Positions 48,413 through 58,166 of a stretch of 64,000 nucleotides of DNA are shown here, piece after piece (the stretch's first letter is position 1; every line of letters begins with the position of its first letter). The translations under genes were made by a program, and so were the position numbers. The notes below the pieces were generated by a model, which saw only the letters and a program-made list of their open reading frames with translations, was not told the origin of the DNA and did no database searches. The stretch is from Betaproteobacteria bacterium TMED22 (lineage in GTDB: Bacteria > Pseudomonadota > Gammaproteobacteria > Burkholderiales > Eutrophovitaceae), in NCBI GenBank assembly GCA_002167745.1, contig NHCB01000010.1, positions 30,852 to 94,851 of the forward strand, written 5' to 3'.

Positions 48413-49745
48413 CAGTCATTGAATCAATCAACAAAGAGCCAACTTTAAATGAAGAGCGATTTAAAGAGTCATTACCAACACCTTGAATCGCTTTAAACAT
48501 ATCTTTGAGGTTCCCAGCGACAGTGACCTCTTGAACTGGATGAATTATTTCTCCGTCCTCAATCCAAAATCCCGATGCACCACGGGAATAATCTCCAGTT
48601 ACCATGTTAGTTCCGTGGCCAAGTAAGTCTGTAACTAGAAACCCTGTACCCATCATGTTTAATAATTCACTGAATTCATGCGTATGAGTTCCAGCATGAA
48701 CGGACAGATTATGGGCTCCGCCTGCATTTCCAGTTGACGTCAGTCCCAGTTTTTTCGCTGAATAGGTACTTAAAAATAAACCCTCTACCTTTCCAGATGA
48801 CACAATTGAGCGCTTTTGAGTTTGGACGCCCTCATTGTCAAAGGCAGAGCTGGATAGCCCACGCCGCACGAATGGATCCTCTTTAATTGAGATAAATTCG
48901 GGAAAGACACTTTCTCCGATAGCGCCCTCTAGAAAAGATTGTTTACGATATAAACTACCACCACTGACGGCCGAAATAAAATGCCTCAATACGCCAGAGG
49001 CAATCGGAGCCTCGAAGACAACCGGGATCTTTTTAGTAGGGATTTTTTTTGCACCTACCTTTCCAAGAGCACGACGACCCGCTTGTCTCCCGATATCAAG
49101 GGCCGCCTCCAGATCATCGGCACATCGCGCCGTACTCCACCAACCATCTCTTTGCATTTGATCGCCCTCACCGGCCGTTACAGAGCAACTAATATAATGT
49201 CGGGTACTCGGGAACCCATGGACGAAATCATTTGAATTAGCGTATACGAACTGACCTTCCTGAACAGACACACTCGCACCCTCCGAATTTTTAATTTCTG
49301 GGCTTACATCAAATGCTGCTTGCTCACATTCCCGAGCGAGACCGATTGATTCGTCCATCGATATATCCCATGGATGATAAAGATCAAGTTCCACGATATC
49401 TTTAGCCAACTGATTCGGATCGGCTAATCCAGAGAAAGGATCTTCTGCGGTCAACTGAGCAATCGCTACAGCAGCCTCGACCGTGTCACTGATTGCTTTC
49501 TCTCCAAGATCAGAGGTGCTGGCAAATCCCTTTCGGTGCCCTACATAGACCGTGACGCCTAAACCCTTGTCTCGGTTGTACTCTAAATTTTCAGTTTCAC
49601 CCTTCCGCACGGATACAGCGCTGCCAAGCCCCTCATTAAGATCAACCTCGGCAGCACTCGCACCTAGGCGTTTCGCGGTTTTGATAGTTTGTTGGGCAAT
49701 TTTTTTGAATTGGTCTATGCTGTAGGCGAACTGTTTCTGGGACAT
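48399..49745 (-). CDS. pmbA: metalloprotease PmbA (TldE)
   Basis: PmbA/TldD family sequence, 448 aa, divergent from yjgA as in E. coli. Confidence 0.85.
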   Translation of the reverse strand: MSQKQFAYSIDQFKKIAQQTIKTAKRLGASAAEVDLNEGLGSAVSVRKGETENLEYNRDKGLGVTVYVGHRKGFASTSDLGEKAISDTVEAAVAIAQLTAEDPFSGLADPNQLAKDIVELDLYHPWDISMDESIGLARECEQAAFDVSPEIKNSEGASVSVQEGQFVYANSNDFVHGFPSTRHYISCSVTAGEGDQMQRDGWWSTARCADDLEAALDIGRQAGRRALGKVGAKKIPTKKIPVVFEAPIASGVLRHFISAVSGGSLYRKQSFLEGAIGESVFPEFISIKEDPFVRRGLSSSAFDNEGVQTQKRSIVSSGKVEGLFLSTYSAKKLGLTSTGNAGGAHNLSVHAGTHTHEFSELLNMMGTGFLVTDLLGHGTNMVTGDYSRGASGFWIEDGEIIHPVQEVTVAGNLKDMFKAIQGVGNDSLNRSSFKVGSLLIDSMTVGGD

Positions 49746-49860
49746 TGTATTTAATTACTCACGATTAACTTAGCATCAATTGATAATGCTTAAAATTTAG
49801 AACCCTCAATACGAGTTAAGTATTGCATGATAGCACCACCACCAATTTCCGATCAGACTT

Positions 49861-50349
49861 ATGGATTCATCACGGCCAAGCAAAACAAAACAAAAAAAAG
49901 AGATGCAAGAGCTTCAAAACATCGGTAAAGCACTCGTCGCACTTCCTAAGGACATTTTAAAAAAATTAGACCTTCCAGAATCCTTAAGAGATGAAGTGCT
50001 CAAAACCAAAGAAATTCCTCAAAATGGAGCCAAGCGGAGGCAGTTACAATTCATCGGAAAAATAATGCGAAATGTTGACGTTGGGCCAATCCGAGCGCAA
50101 CTTGAGGAGATCAAACAACCCTCCGCTCAAAAGGTAAAGCTCTTACACGCGGCGGAATCGTGGCGCGAAAGAATGATCAACGGAGAAAACGGTTTAAAAG
50201 AATTCGTCAAACTCTACCCAAAAACAGACTCAAACAATCTGAAAGTCCTAATTGTAAGCTGTCGCGAGACAATGAATTCAAAATCAAAAACCTCTTACAG
50301 AGACTTATTTAAAGTTATTTCTATTTCTTTAGAAGAAGATAGCGACTGA
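49861..50349 (+). CDS. yjgA: ribosome-associated protein YjgA (DUF615/DarP)
   Basis: Basic helical 162-aa protein (RRQLQFIGKIMR motif) in the conserved position divergent from pmbA. Confidence 0.75.
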   Translation: MDSSRPSKTKQKKEMQELQNIGKALVALPKDILKKLDLPESLRDEVLKTKEIPQNGAKRRQLQFIGKIMRNVDVGPIRAQLEEIKQPSAQKVKLLHAAESWRERMINGENGLKEFVKLYPKTDSNNLKVLIVSCRETMNSKSKTSYRDLFKVISISLEEDSD

Positions 50350-50427
50350 GATTAACTATTTCGATTTGTTATAGTCCTAATAAATTAAGGATTAGTACAA
50401 AACTAGACCTAAGGATTAAACGTTTAC

Positions 50428-51018
50428 ATGAATGAAGAAAAAATACGTATTGGACTCGTCTCAATCAGCGATCGAGCTTCTAGCGGGGTGTATAAGGACG
50501 AGGGGTTACCCTCTTTGAAGCAATGGCTAGATAGCGCCATATTAAATCCGATCGAATATTTTGAAAAGCTAATACCTGATGAGAAAAAAATGATTGAATC
50601 CACCTTGATAGAGATCATTGATCAAGCCAAATGTGACCTTGTCCTGACGACTGGCGGCACTGGACCCTCGCCGAGAGACGTAACTCCTGAGGCCACCTTA
50701 GCGATCGCAGACAAAACAATGCCGGGTTTTGGTGAACAAATGCGTCAAATCAGTCTGAATTTTGTTCCCACCGCCATCCTTTCCCGGCAAGTAGCAGTCG
50801 TTAGAAAACAGAGTCTTATAATTAATTTACCCGGGCAACCTAAAGCCATTAAAGAGACGCTGGAAGGACTAAAAGATCGCGAAGGACAGGCAATAGCACA
50901 CGGGATTTTTGCTGCCGTACCCTATTGTATCGACTTAATCGGCGGGCCCTACATTGATTGCCAAAAGAATCTCTGCAATGCTTTTCGGCCTAAATCAGCA
51001 AGACGAAACAAAAACTAA
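50428..51018 (+). CDS. mog: molybdopterin adenylyltransferase
   Basis: RIGLVSISDRASSGVYKDEG and TTGGTGPSPRD, closely matching the E. coli Mog pattern. Confidence 0.85.
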   Translation: MNEEKIRIGLVSISDRASSGVYKDEGLPSLKQWLDSAILNPIEYFEKLIPDEKKMIESTLIEIIDQAKCDLVLTTGGTGPSPRDVTPEATLAIADKTMPGFGEQMRQISLNFVPTAILSRQVAVVRKQSLIINLPGQPKAIKETLEGLKDREGQAIAHGIFAAVPYCIDLIGGPYIDCQKNLCNAFRPKSARRNKN

Positions 51019-51033
51019 CAGAAATATTTGAGA

Positions 51034-52329
51034 CTAATACTCGTTGTCAGCGGCCAAAGCACCTCGCTCAGTATCAACTGATAGAAGGATAACAAGACCT
51101 ATGACAAACAATACGACCAAGGATAAAATCGCATTTCGATGGTCACCTCCGGTCAGCCACGTGAGTCCGCCATAAGTGATAGGACCAACAATTGATGCGC
51201 ACTTAACCGAAAGACCCCAAAGTCCGAAAAACTCAGCATGTCTATTCGTTGGCGTCAAAATCGAAACAAATGCACGAGCGTTAGATTGACACGCTCCTAA
51301 CAATAATCCTACAAGATTTGCTGCAATCCAAAAAGTTGATCGATCATCGGATAGCCAAGCCAATACAGTCGTGCCAATCCATCCGCATAGGATGATGGCA
51401 AGTGAATTTCGGTGGCCCAGAACATCATGTAAACGTCCGAACCCATAAGCTCCTAGGGCAGCAGTAACGTTAACAACCATGATTAGTAATATCGTCTCAG
51501 AGAAAGAGAATCCGATTACCTTTTGTGCGTAAATCGCGGCTAGGGCTATTACCGCCTGAACTCCTCCTTGAAAAAAAACTGTACTGAGCAAAAAACGATG
51601 TAAATCGGTAAACCGACGACCTTGATCAAAAGTCTCAAAAAATCTTTTTTTTACGGGCACATGGCTAACTTTAGCTATTTTTTTACCGTCATGGTCAGTG
51701 AGATATATAAACGTTGGTAATGCTGCGGCGAAGAAGAGTACTCCAGTAATGATTAAAGTAACGGGTACATACTCTTCCGCCTCCCATCCTATAGCCTCCA
51801 ACTGAGTGATGACGACAAGACACAATGCCAACGTTAGAATACCACCGACATATCCGACCGCCCACCCAATCCCAGATACACGACCAACCCTTTCTTTTTT
51901 TGCAAGATCGGGAAGATAAGACGCAATGACGTTTTCACCAAGGCTAAAAAAGATATTCGATGAAACTAGAAAAAACGCAGCGAACCAAAGATCTCCTGGA
52001 CCCACCCTTGACAGAGAAACGGTACTCATAGCGCAACCTAATGTGAGCACCAACAAAACTCTTTTCCTCGTCCCACTAACATCGATATATGCGCCTAATA
52101 TTGGCCCCACAATCATTACGATTAAGTATGAAAGCGACAACACGAATGTCCATAAAAAAGTTGCCCAAACAGCGTTATCAGCAACGACCGATACGAAATA
52201 GGCATTAAAAATAGCCGTAATAACAACAGTCGTATAGCCAGAATTAGCAAAGTCATACATTGCCCACGCCCAAAGATGACGCTTGGTATATCCGTCATTC
52301 AACAGACTAGATGTTTTACTACGGCTCAA
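51034..52329 (-). CDS. MFS transporter, UMF1/Atg22-like
   Basis: N-terminal WAMYDFANSGY motif, ~12 TM helices, TTG start. Confidence 0.65.
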   Translation of the reverse strand: MSRSKTSSLLNDGYTKRHLWAWAMYDFANSGYTTVVITAIFNAYFVSVVADNAVWATFLWTFVLSLSYLIVMIVGPILGAYIDVSGTRKRVLLVLTLGCAMSTVSLSRVGPGDLWFAAFFLVSSNIFFSLGENVIASYLPDLAKKERVGRVSGIGWAVGYVGGILTLALCLVVITQLEAIGWEAEEYVPVTLIITGVLFFAAALPTFIYLTDHDGKKIAKVSHVPVKKRFFETFDQGRRFTDLHRFLLSTVFFQGGVQAVIALAAIYAQKVIGFSFSETILLIMVVNVTAALGAYGFGRLHDVLGHRNSLAIILCGWIGTTVLAWLSDDRSTFWIAANLVGLLLGACQSNARAFVSILTPTNRHAEFFGLWGLSVKCASIVGPITYGGLTWLTGGDHRNAILSLVVLFVIGLVILLSVDTERGALAADNEY

Positions 52330-52379
52330 TTTAGCGTCCTTCTTTACGATGGATCATGGCACCTGATACTAGGTCAATT

Positions 52380-53567
52380 TTAAATTATTTTATGGCGGCG
52401 AAAATATTCAATCTCCATCGCTTTATATCCTGCCGCGGATAAGACTTCATCAGTGTGTTCGCCGAGATCCGGCCCTAGCCAATAAGTCTTACCAGGAGTG
52501 TCCGACAGTTTAGGAACAATCCCTGGTATCAGTAAACTCTCATCTTTTGATAATTTATATTTCTCAATCATATTTCTGGCGTGATAATGCACGTCAGAGA
52601 CAATATCGCGCACATCATATATTTTCCCTGAGGGAACCTCAGCTTTCTCCAATACGTGTAAAACATGCTTTAGTTCGTGTAACGCACACCAAGAACCTAT
52701 AACGGTATCTAATTCTTTACTGCGCCTTGCGCGACCATCGTTGTGTGACAGATCGGGATCGTTTGCTAAGTCCTCTCTTCCTAAAGCAAACATCATTCTC
52801 TTGAAAATAGAGTCGCCGTTAGCACCAATGACCACGTACTTGTCATCCTTGGTCAAATACGAGTTAGATGGAGCAATTCCTGGAAGCGATGAGCCTGTTC
52901 TTTGACGCACGAAATCATAGTAGTCAAATTCTGGGACCATACTCTCCATTAAACTGAAAACCGCCTCATATAGAGCTACGTCAACGACTTGTCCCTTTCC
53001 ACTAATTTCACGCTGCCTCAGAGCCATTAACGCTCCAATAACGCCATATAGTGACGCTACGGCATCGCCCAAACTAATACCAACTCTTACCGGTGGCCTA
53101 TCAGGATATCCTGTGATGTGACGTAAACCACCCATAGCTTCGCCAATCGCACCGAAGCCTGGTCTATCGCGGTAAGGTCCTGTTTGGCCGTAGCCTGATA
53201 AGCGAACCATGACCAAACCAGGATTCTCTTTTACAAGTGAATCATAATCCAAACCCCAATTTTCCATAGCGCCTGGTCGAAAATTTTCCACGAGGATATC
53301 TGCATTTTTCGCTAAGCGTCTTACGATTTCCTGACCTTCTTTTTCTTTTAAATTGATCGTTACTGATTGTTTGTTTCTAGCTTGTAAAAGCCACCAGAGA
53401 GATTTCTCTTTATATAACTTTCGCCATTTTCTCAGTGGATCGCCTCCTTTCGGAGACTCAACCTTAACGACTTGCGCACCAAATTCGGCCATAACTCTCG
53501 TGCAAAATGGCCCTGCAATTAATTGCCCCAATTCGAGAACCTTTACATCTTTAAGCGGTCCATTCAT
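52380..53567 (-). CDS. family III CoA-transferase (CaiB/BaiF)
   Basis: N-terminus PLKDVKVLELGQLIAGPFCTRVMAEFGAQVVKVE and overall CaiB-like layout; 395 aa. Confidence 0.8.
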   Translation of the reverse strand: MNGPLKDVKVLELGQLIAGPFCTRVMAEFGAQVVKVESPKGGDPLRKWRKLYKEKSLWWLLQARNKQSVTINLKEKEGQEIVRRLAKNADILVENFRPGAMENWGLDYDSLVKENPGLVMVRLSGYGQTGPYRDRPGFGAIGEAMGGLRHITGYPDRPPVRVGISLGDAVASLYGVIGALMALRQREISGKGQVVDVALYEAVFSLMESMVPEFDYYDFVRQRTGSSLPGIAPSNSYLTKDDKYVVIGANGDSIFKRMMFALGREDLANDPDLSHNDGRARRSKELDTVIGSWCALHELKHVLHVLEKAEVPSGKIYDVRDIVSDVHYHARNMIEKYKLSKDESLLIPGIVPKLSDTPGKTYWLGPDLGEHTDEVLSAAGYKAMEIEYFRRHKII

Positions 53568-53619
53568 TTAATGTGTTCCTCGCGAACAGTTTGAAGCAGA
53601 TTAGTTTACGATAATCAAT

Positions 53620-54171
53620 ATGGGAATTTTCTCAATGCTTAAAAATATCTTGTTTTTTATTTTCACTCTACTATTCACTCAAACCGCTATGTCAAACGAT
53701 TGCCCGAAGGTATTGAACACCAATTTGAATAACCTAACAGGTGAGCCTGTTGATTTTTGCGACTATCGAGGTAAAGTTATTCTCGCAGTTAACACGGCTA
53801 GCTTCTGCGGAAATACACCCCAGTATGAGGCATTAGAGGCTCTTTATCAAAAATACAGCGATAAGGATTTCGTAGTAATTGGATTTCCGGCGAATAATTT
53901 CGGCAATCAAGAGCCTGGATCTAACGAGGATATCCAAAGCTTCTGCAAACTCAACTATGGCGTGAGTTTCCCAATGATCGAAAAAACAGATGTAGTCGGC
54001 CCAAATACCAACTCGGTGTTCAAAGAGTTACAAACAATGACTGGTGATGCGCCTCAGTGGAATTTCCACAAATATCTGATTTCTCGAGACGGTGAACGGG
54101 CTTTTAGTTTCACCGCATCTATGGATCCGATGAATGCAAAGTTGGTCAAGCAGCTAGAGGAATTGCTGTAA
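53620..54171 (+). CDS. exported glutathione peroxidase (Cys-type)
   Basis: Signal peptide and motifs NTASFCG (Cys codon TGC at 53806-53808), FPANNFGNQEP and WNFHKYL. Confidence 0.8.
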   Translation: MGIFSMLKNILFFIFTLLFTQTAMSNDCPKVLNTNLNNLTGEPVDFCDYRGKVILAVNTASFCGNTPQYEALEALYQKYSDKDFVVIGFPANNFGNQEPGSNEDIQSFCKLNYGVSFPMIEKTDVVGPNTNSVFKELQTMTGDAPQWNFHKYLISRDGERAFSFTASMDPMNAKLVKQLEELL

Positions 54172-54206
54172 ACAGTGGGGCGTTGAACTCCAAATTGATT
54201 GCAACG

Positions 54207-55886
54207 TTAGAAACTATCGTATTCACGAATCACTTGGCCAGCTAGAGGTGCCTGAGGTAGTACGCCTTTTCCGTTAGCTACTTGCCGCCCGTTAACCCAG
54301 ACACCATGAACACCAATGGGCGGAGTGGTTAAGCGTGAAGCACCTGCTGGAAGATCGTGTAGTCGATGCGAAGGTCCCCTGTTTACTGTTTTTGGATCAA
54401 AAAGTAACAAGTCTGCCCAAGCACCTTTATCGATATAGCCTCTATTCTTAATACCAAACAATCTCGCAGGTTCTAATGTTAACTTGTGCACCGCCCTCTC
54501 CAATGACAAGATTCCTTTATCCCTCACCCAATGTCCTAAAACATGTAAACCAAAACCCGCATCACACAAAAACGTCAAATGAGCCCCTGCATCGGATAAT
54601 GAAATAATTGCATTTTCATCATGCATCATTCGACCAACTGCATCTTCGTCCGAATTCATAATGGTTGCTGTAAACATTGTTTCAAGGTTTTCTTCGAGCG
54701 CTAGATCCAACATAAAATCAAAAGGAGGCTTTTTCGCCTCATCCGCCAAAACAGCAATTGATTTTCCTTCGAATACTAAATTATCAGGATTACCAACCTG
54801 GGCGACGTGGATTTTATCCCACTGCCCACTAAACACCTTCACCTCACCGTCATTCAACTCGTCCATAAACGATTTTCGGAAAACTGGATCAGCTAAGGAC
54901 GCCTTGTATGCATCAGCATTGAGACTCATCATCGGTTTCCAACATGAAAAACCTTCCAAAGGATAAGGAGACCAAAACGAAAAATCCATAGTTAATGGAC
55001 AAGGCGATACCGCGCCATATAAGCGATTACCACGCGCCTGGGCCTCCCTTATAGCTGACAGGTCGGAAAACGTCTTATTTGGAACAAGGTGAGAATGCAG
55101 AAGTGCCGCAATTAAATAAGGTCTTTCCGCCGCCGCGCTGAGTTTTTCAATATCGGAAATGGCCATATCAAAGGATTTAGTCATCATCAAAACGCCACGC
55201 CCGAGATCTTTCAAAGCGCTGGAGAGACTCATCATTTCAGCCTCATCAGCAAGCCGAGATGGCATTGGGATCCCATTCTCTCCATTGTGTCCCGGATACC
55301 GTGTCGTAGCAAAACCACAAGCTCCTGCCTCCATGGCCTCGATGACAATAGCTCTCATACTTTCAACTTCCTTGGATGTCGCCGCTCTTCTGGAGGCGTC
55401 TTCCTGAAGCACGTAGGTTCTCACACTGGAGTGCCCAACGAAACAGCTCACGTTCGGAGCAACCCCACGCCCTTCGAGCATATCCAAATATTCTGGAAAG
55501 GTCTCAAAACTCCAGTCAATACCGCTTTGTAGCGCATCAATTGACATCCCTTCCACTTGGGTCAAGTTCCTCATGGTGATATCGCGATCACTTGGATGAC
55601 ATGGCGCGATAGTAAAACCACAATTACCCATCACCAGAGTAGTTACTCCAAGCGCAGGTGATGGGTTACAGTACGGATCCCAGGTCACCTGGGCGTCATA
55701 GTGAGTATGATTATCAACGATACCCGGCATAAGACATAATCCGGAGCAATCTATCGTTTCTATTGCCAATGCTTCAACGGTACCAATCTCGGCGATACGA
55801 CCATCCTTAACGCCCAAAGAAGCCAAGAAACCAGGCTCTCCTGTTCCGTCAATAATGGTTACATTATCAAATCGAATATCGAGCAT
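54207..55886 (-). CDS. amidohydrolase, N-acyl-D-amino-acid deacylase (D-aminoacylase) family
   Basis: Metal-binding DNHTHYD near the N-terminus and amidohydrolase fold; 559 aa. Confidence 0.7.
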   Translation of the reverse strand: MLDIRFDNVTIIDGTGEPGFLASLGVKDGRIAEIGTVEALAIETIDCSGLCLMPGIVDNHTHYDAQVTWDPYCNPSPALGVTTLVMGNCGFTIAPCHPSDRDITMRNLTQVEGMSIDALQSGIDWSFETFPEYLDMLEGRGVAPNVSCFVGHSSVRTYVLQEDASRRAATSKEVESMRAIVIEAMEAGACGFATTRYPGHNGENGIPMPSRLADEAEMMSLSSALKDLGRGVLMMTKSFDMAISDIEKLSAAAERPYLIAALLHSHLVPNKTFSDLSAIREAQARGNRLYGAVSPCPLTMDFSFWSPYPLEGFSCWKPMMSLNADAYKASLADPVFRKSFMDELNDGEVKVFSGQWDKIHVAQVGNPDNLVFEGKSIAVLADEAKKPPFDFMLDLALEENLETMFTATIMNSDEDAVGRMMHDENAIISLSDAGAHLTFLCDAGFGLHVLGHWVRDKGILSLERAVHKLTLEPARLFGIKNRGYIDKGAWADLLLFDPKTVNRGPSHRLHDLPAGASRLTTPPIGVHGVWVNGRQVANGKGVLPQAPLAGQVIREYDSF

Positions 55887-55995
55887 ACGTAATCCCCCAA
55901 TGGAAGTGGCGCGCCTATTTAAACCTAACTACATAAACATACAGCAATATTACACGCAGGAAAGTAATGGGAGAATTTATTACAAAAGTCTTAGT

Positions 55996-57480
55996 TTAGC
56001 GGCGAATATAATACTTATCTAATAAGCGGGCATCATCAAAATGACGACGTCCGACAAACGCGGTGGCATGTCGACCCCATTGACGCATTGCTCCAGGACT
56101 CGCAATGCCAGAAGGCCATAACAAAAATCGTTCACCACGTTCAGAGCCAGAAACGATACCGTTTACTCCAAATAAGTTTCTATGTCCTTTAGCAGTCTTT
56201 ATCGAGCGAAGGTCATTATAGTCTCTCAATGCGTATACTCGCGCTTCTTGCTTGCGGGTGCCGAACGCAACGTCAGCCAAATAATGTGTTTTAGTTTGAA
56301 CCGTAATATTGACTGCCAAATCAGGTGTAACCTCATTAAATTGTTTGGGTGAGAATGCCCACTCAGTGTATTTGCTGGGCGAAACCGTGGGTGTTAAGCG
56401 ACCCGTAGGAAAAAACATGTGGTAACAACCGCAGGGATGGATCGAATCAAAAACTAATGGTCCTCCGTCGTAATCCAGCGTAACGCGCCACATAATGCCG
56501 TCTAAGTTACCACCAAGAAGATCACCTATATTCTCTTTAGGACGCGCTGAAAACCAAGCGACGTAAACAAGCTGCGGTAGTGTCTTACCTTCAAACCGAG
56601 TGTGCGTCAGATGAGTGTAAACGGTAGGCTCAGAGGTGTTTACTCCTGCTTTGCCCGAATTTGAAAAATTCACCGCCCCAATTCGATCGAACTCGCCCGA
56701 GTCCTCAATCGTTAATACAGGCGCATATGTAACAAATAATTTCGACAGAAGATCTGGAGGCAACGTTAGTCGACCTAGCGAATCGCGCTGCCTCAGTAAC
56801 TCCGCCACCTCGTTTGGTTGTAGTATTTTTTTTGCAGTCGGTTCGTACCGCCTACTGGAAGCAGCTTCGACGCCAACTTTCATATATCGGTCAAATGTAT
56901 CTCGCGCTTCCTTATGCCAGTCTCCGATACCTTGAACAAATGGAATTTTCAAAAATGAATAAAAACCTAATACTCTTTTGACAGTGCTATAGTCATCTGG
57001 AACCGATACGCGTTTACGTAGATGCGAAAGATTATCAAATGGCTTCTCTGTATAACTACGTTTAATGAGGACTGAACATCTACTGTCGACATCCTGAATG
57101 GTCAGGCGGTCATTACCCAACATCAACAGTCCAGTTTCACTCAAATTATTGATCTCAATTTGACGGCCTTCCCAGTTAAGATCAACCATAGCCGAGATCC
57201 AGTCATTAAATATACTCGGTTCTTTATGAACTAAGTCCGAAAAAGAAGCCAGAAAACGATTAACTCTCAGATAAGGATACCCCTCAACTCTCGTGGCTCC
57301 AAAATCACGAACGCCATCCTGCTTAATGACGCTATCAAGTTTATTGGACCAGTTACGACAAAACTCATCTGATATTTCGAAAGAGTATTTGTCTTTAAAC
57401 TCGAGAATAGAGGATGTGCGTATTGCACACCCAGTCATTAGCACAATCAAAATCGCCACAAACACTATCCGCTGATACAT
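55996..57480 (-). CDS. lipoprotein, unknown function
   Basis: Lipobox LMTG/C at residues 15-18; 494 aa. No family recognised. Starts 6 nt after the SRPBCC gene's stop, so probably co-transcribed. Confidence 0.5.
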   Translation of the reverse strand: MYQRIVFVAILIVLMTGCAIRTSSILEFKDKYSFEISDEFCRNWSNKLDSVIKQDGVRDFGATRVEGYPYLRVNRFLASFSDLVHKEPSIFNDWISAMVDLNWEGRQIEINNLSETGLLMLGNDRLTIQDVDSRCSVLIKRSYTEKPFDNLSHLRKRVSVPDDYSTVKRVLGFYSFLKIPFVQGIGDWHKEARDTFDRYMKVGVEAASSRRYEPTAKKILQPNEVAELLRQRDSLGRLTLPPDLLSKLFVTYAPVLTIEDSGEFDRIGAVNFSNSGKAGVNTSEPTVYTHLTHTRFEGKTLPQLVYVAWFSARPKENIGDLLGGNLDGIMWRVTLDYDGGPLVFDSIHPCGCYHMFFPTGRLTPTVSPSKYTEWAFSPKQFNEVTPDLAVNITVQTKTHYLADVAFGTRKQEARVYALRDYNDLRSIKTAKGHRNLFGVNGIVSGSERGERFLLWPSGIASPGAMRQWGRHATAFVGRRHFDDARLLDKYYIRR

Positions 57481-57486
57481 CAGAAC

Positions 57487-58083
57487 TTAATCTCCCATAT
57501 CCTTATGATTGCCTAACTTCTTCTTTTCTTTTTCAATCTGAGAAACGATTCCTAAAAATTGACGACGGATATTATTTCGAATGAAACGCTCTGCTATAAA
57601 ATTAGGTATCGGTAACGATGGATCTAGATAACCCGACCAAGATAAACCCCAAAGATCGTCATCTCCAACTTTAGACAAATGATACCCACCTGATAAATGG
57701 TCCAGATTTCCCGACACTAACTCAATATTTATAGAATAAGGCTTAATCTCGATAGATTTAACAATGACATCAACTGGAATTTTTAAAAAAAGTAAATTGG
57801 ACACTCCGTATTGCTCAACGAAAGCAATATGGCCCTCGTAGCGCAGCAAACGACTCGATTGCATGCCTGGAACGTATTCCGCTAACCGATTGTAATCCGT
57901 CAACACTCTCCATATGAGTTTATGGGGCGCCTTAATGATACTTTCAACTTCCACGTAGACCACACCGTTCTCAATTGAGGAAAAAACCCGCAATTGATCG
58001 CCTTTACTCAACGCGACGTTAGAGTTGGCCAGAAAGCATCCAAAAGAGAACAAAATCAAAATCAGTCGTTTTTTATGCTTCAT
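57487..58083 (-). CDS. exported SRPBCC (START/polyketide-cyclase-like ligand-binding) family protein
   Basis: Signal peptide, then an SRPBCC-like pattern (VEVESIIKAPHKLIWRVLTDYNRLAEYVPGM...); 198 aa. Confidence 0.5.
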   Translation of the reverse strand: MKHKKRLILILFSFGCFLANSNVALSKGDQLRVFSSIENGVVYVEVESIIKAPHKLIWRVLTDYNRLAEYVPGMQSSRLLRYEGHIAFVEQYGVSNLLFLKIPVDVIVKSIEIKPYSINIELVSGNLDHLSGGYHLSKVGDDDLWGLSWSGYLDPSLPIPNFIAERFIRNNIRRQFLGIVSQIEKEKKKLGNHKDMGD

Positions 58084-58166
58084 ATTAACCTCAATATATA
58101 CAACAAATAGTTATACCTATATTTTGTTAACATTTAGTTAATAATCCGATAACCAAGTGGTCATTT

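Noticed and set aside
50350-50427. Possible Moco riboswitch upstream of mog. A TAAGGATTA direct repeat was noted at 50386 and 50410.
   Set aside because: The 78-nt spacer is too short for a Moco RNA motif and no conserved helices are evident. The 9-bp repeat in AT-rich sequence is weak evidence on its own.
53620-54171. Possible selenocysteine in the glutathione peroxidase.
   Set aside because: The active-site residue in NTASFCG is encoded by TGC (53806-53808), not TGA, and the ORF is uninterrupted.
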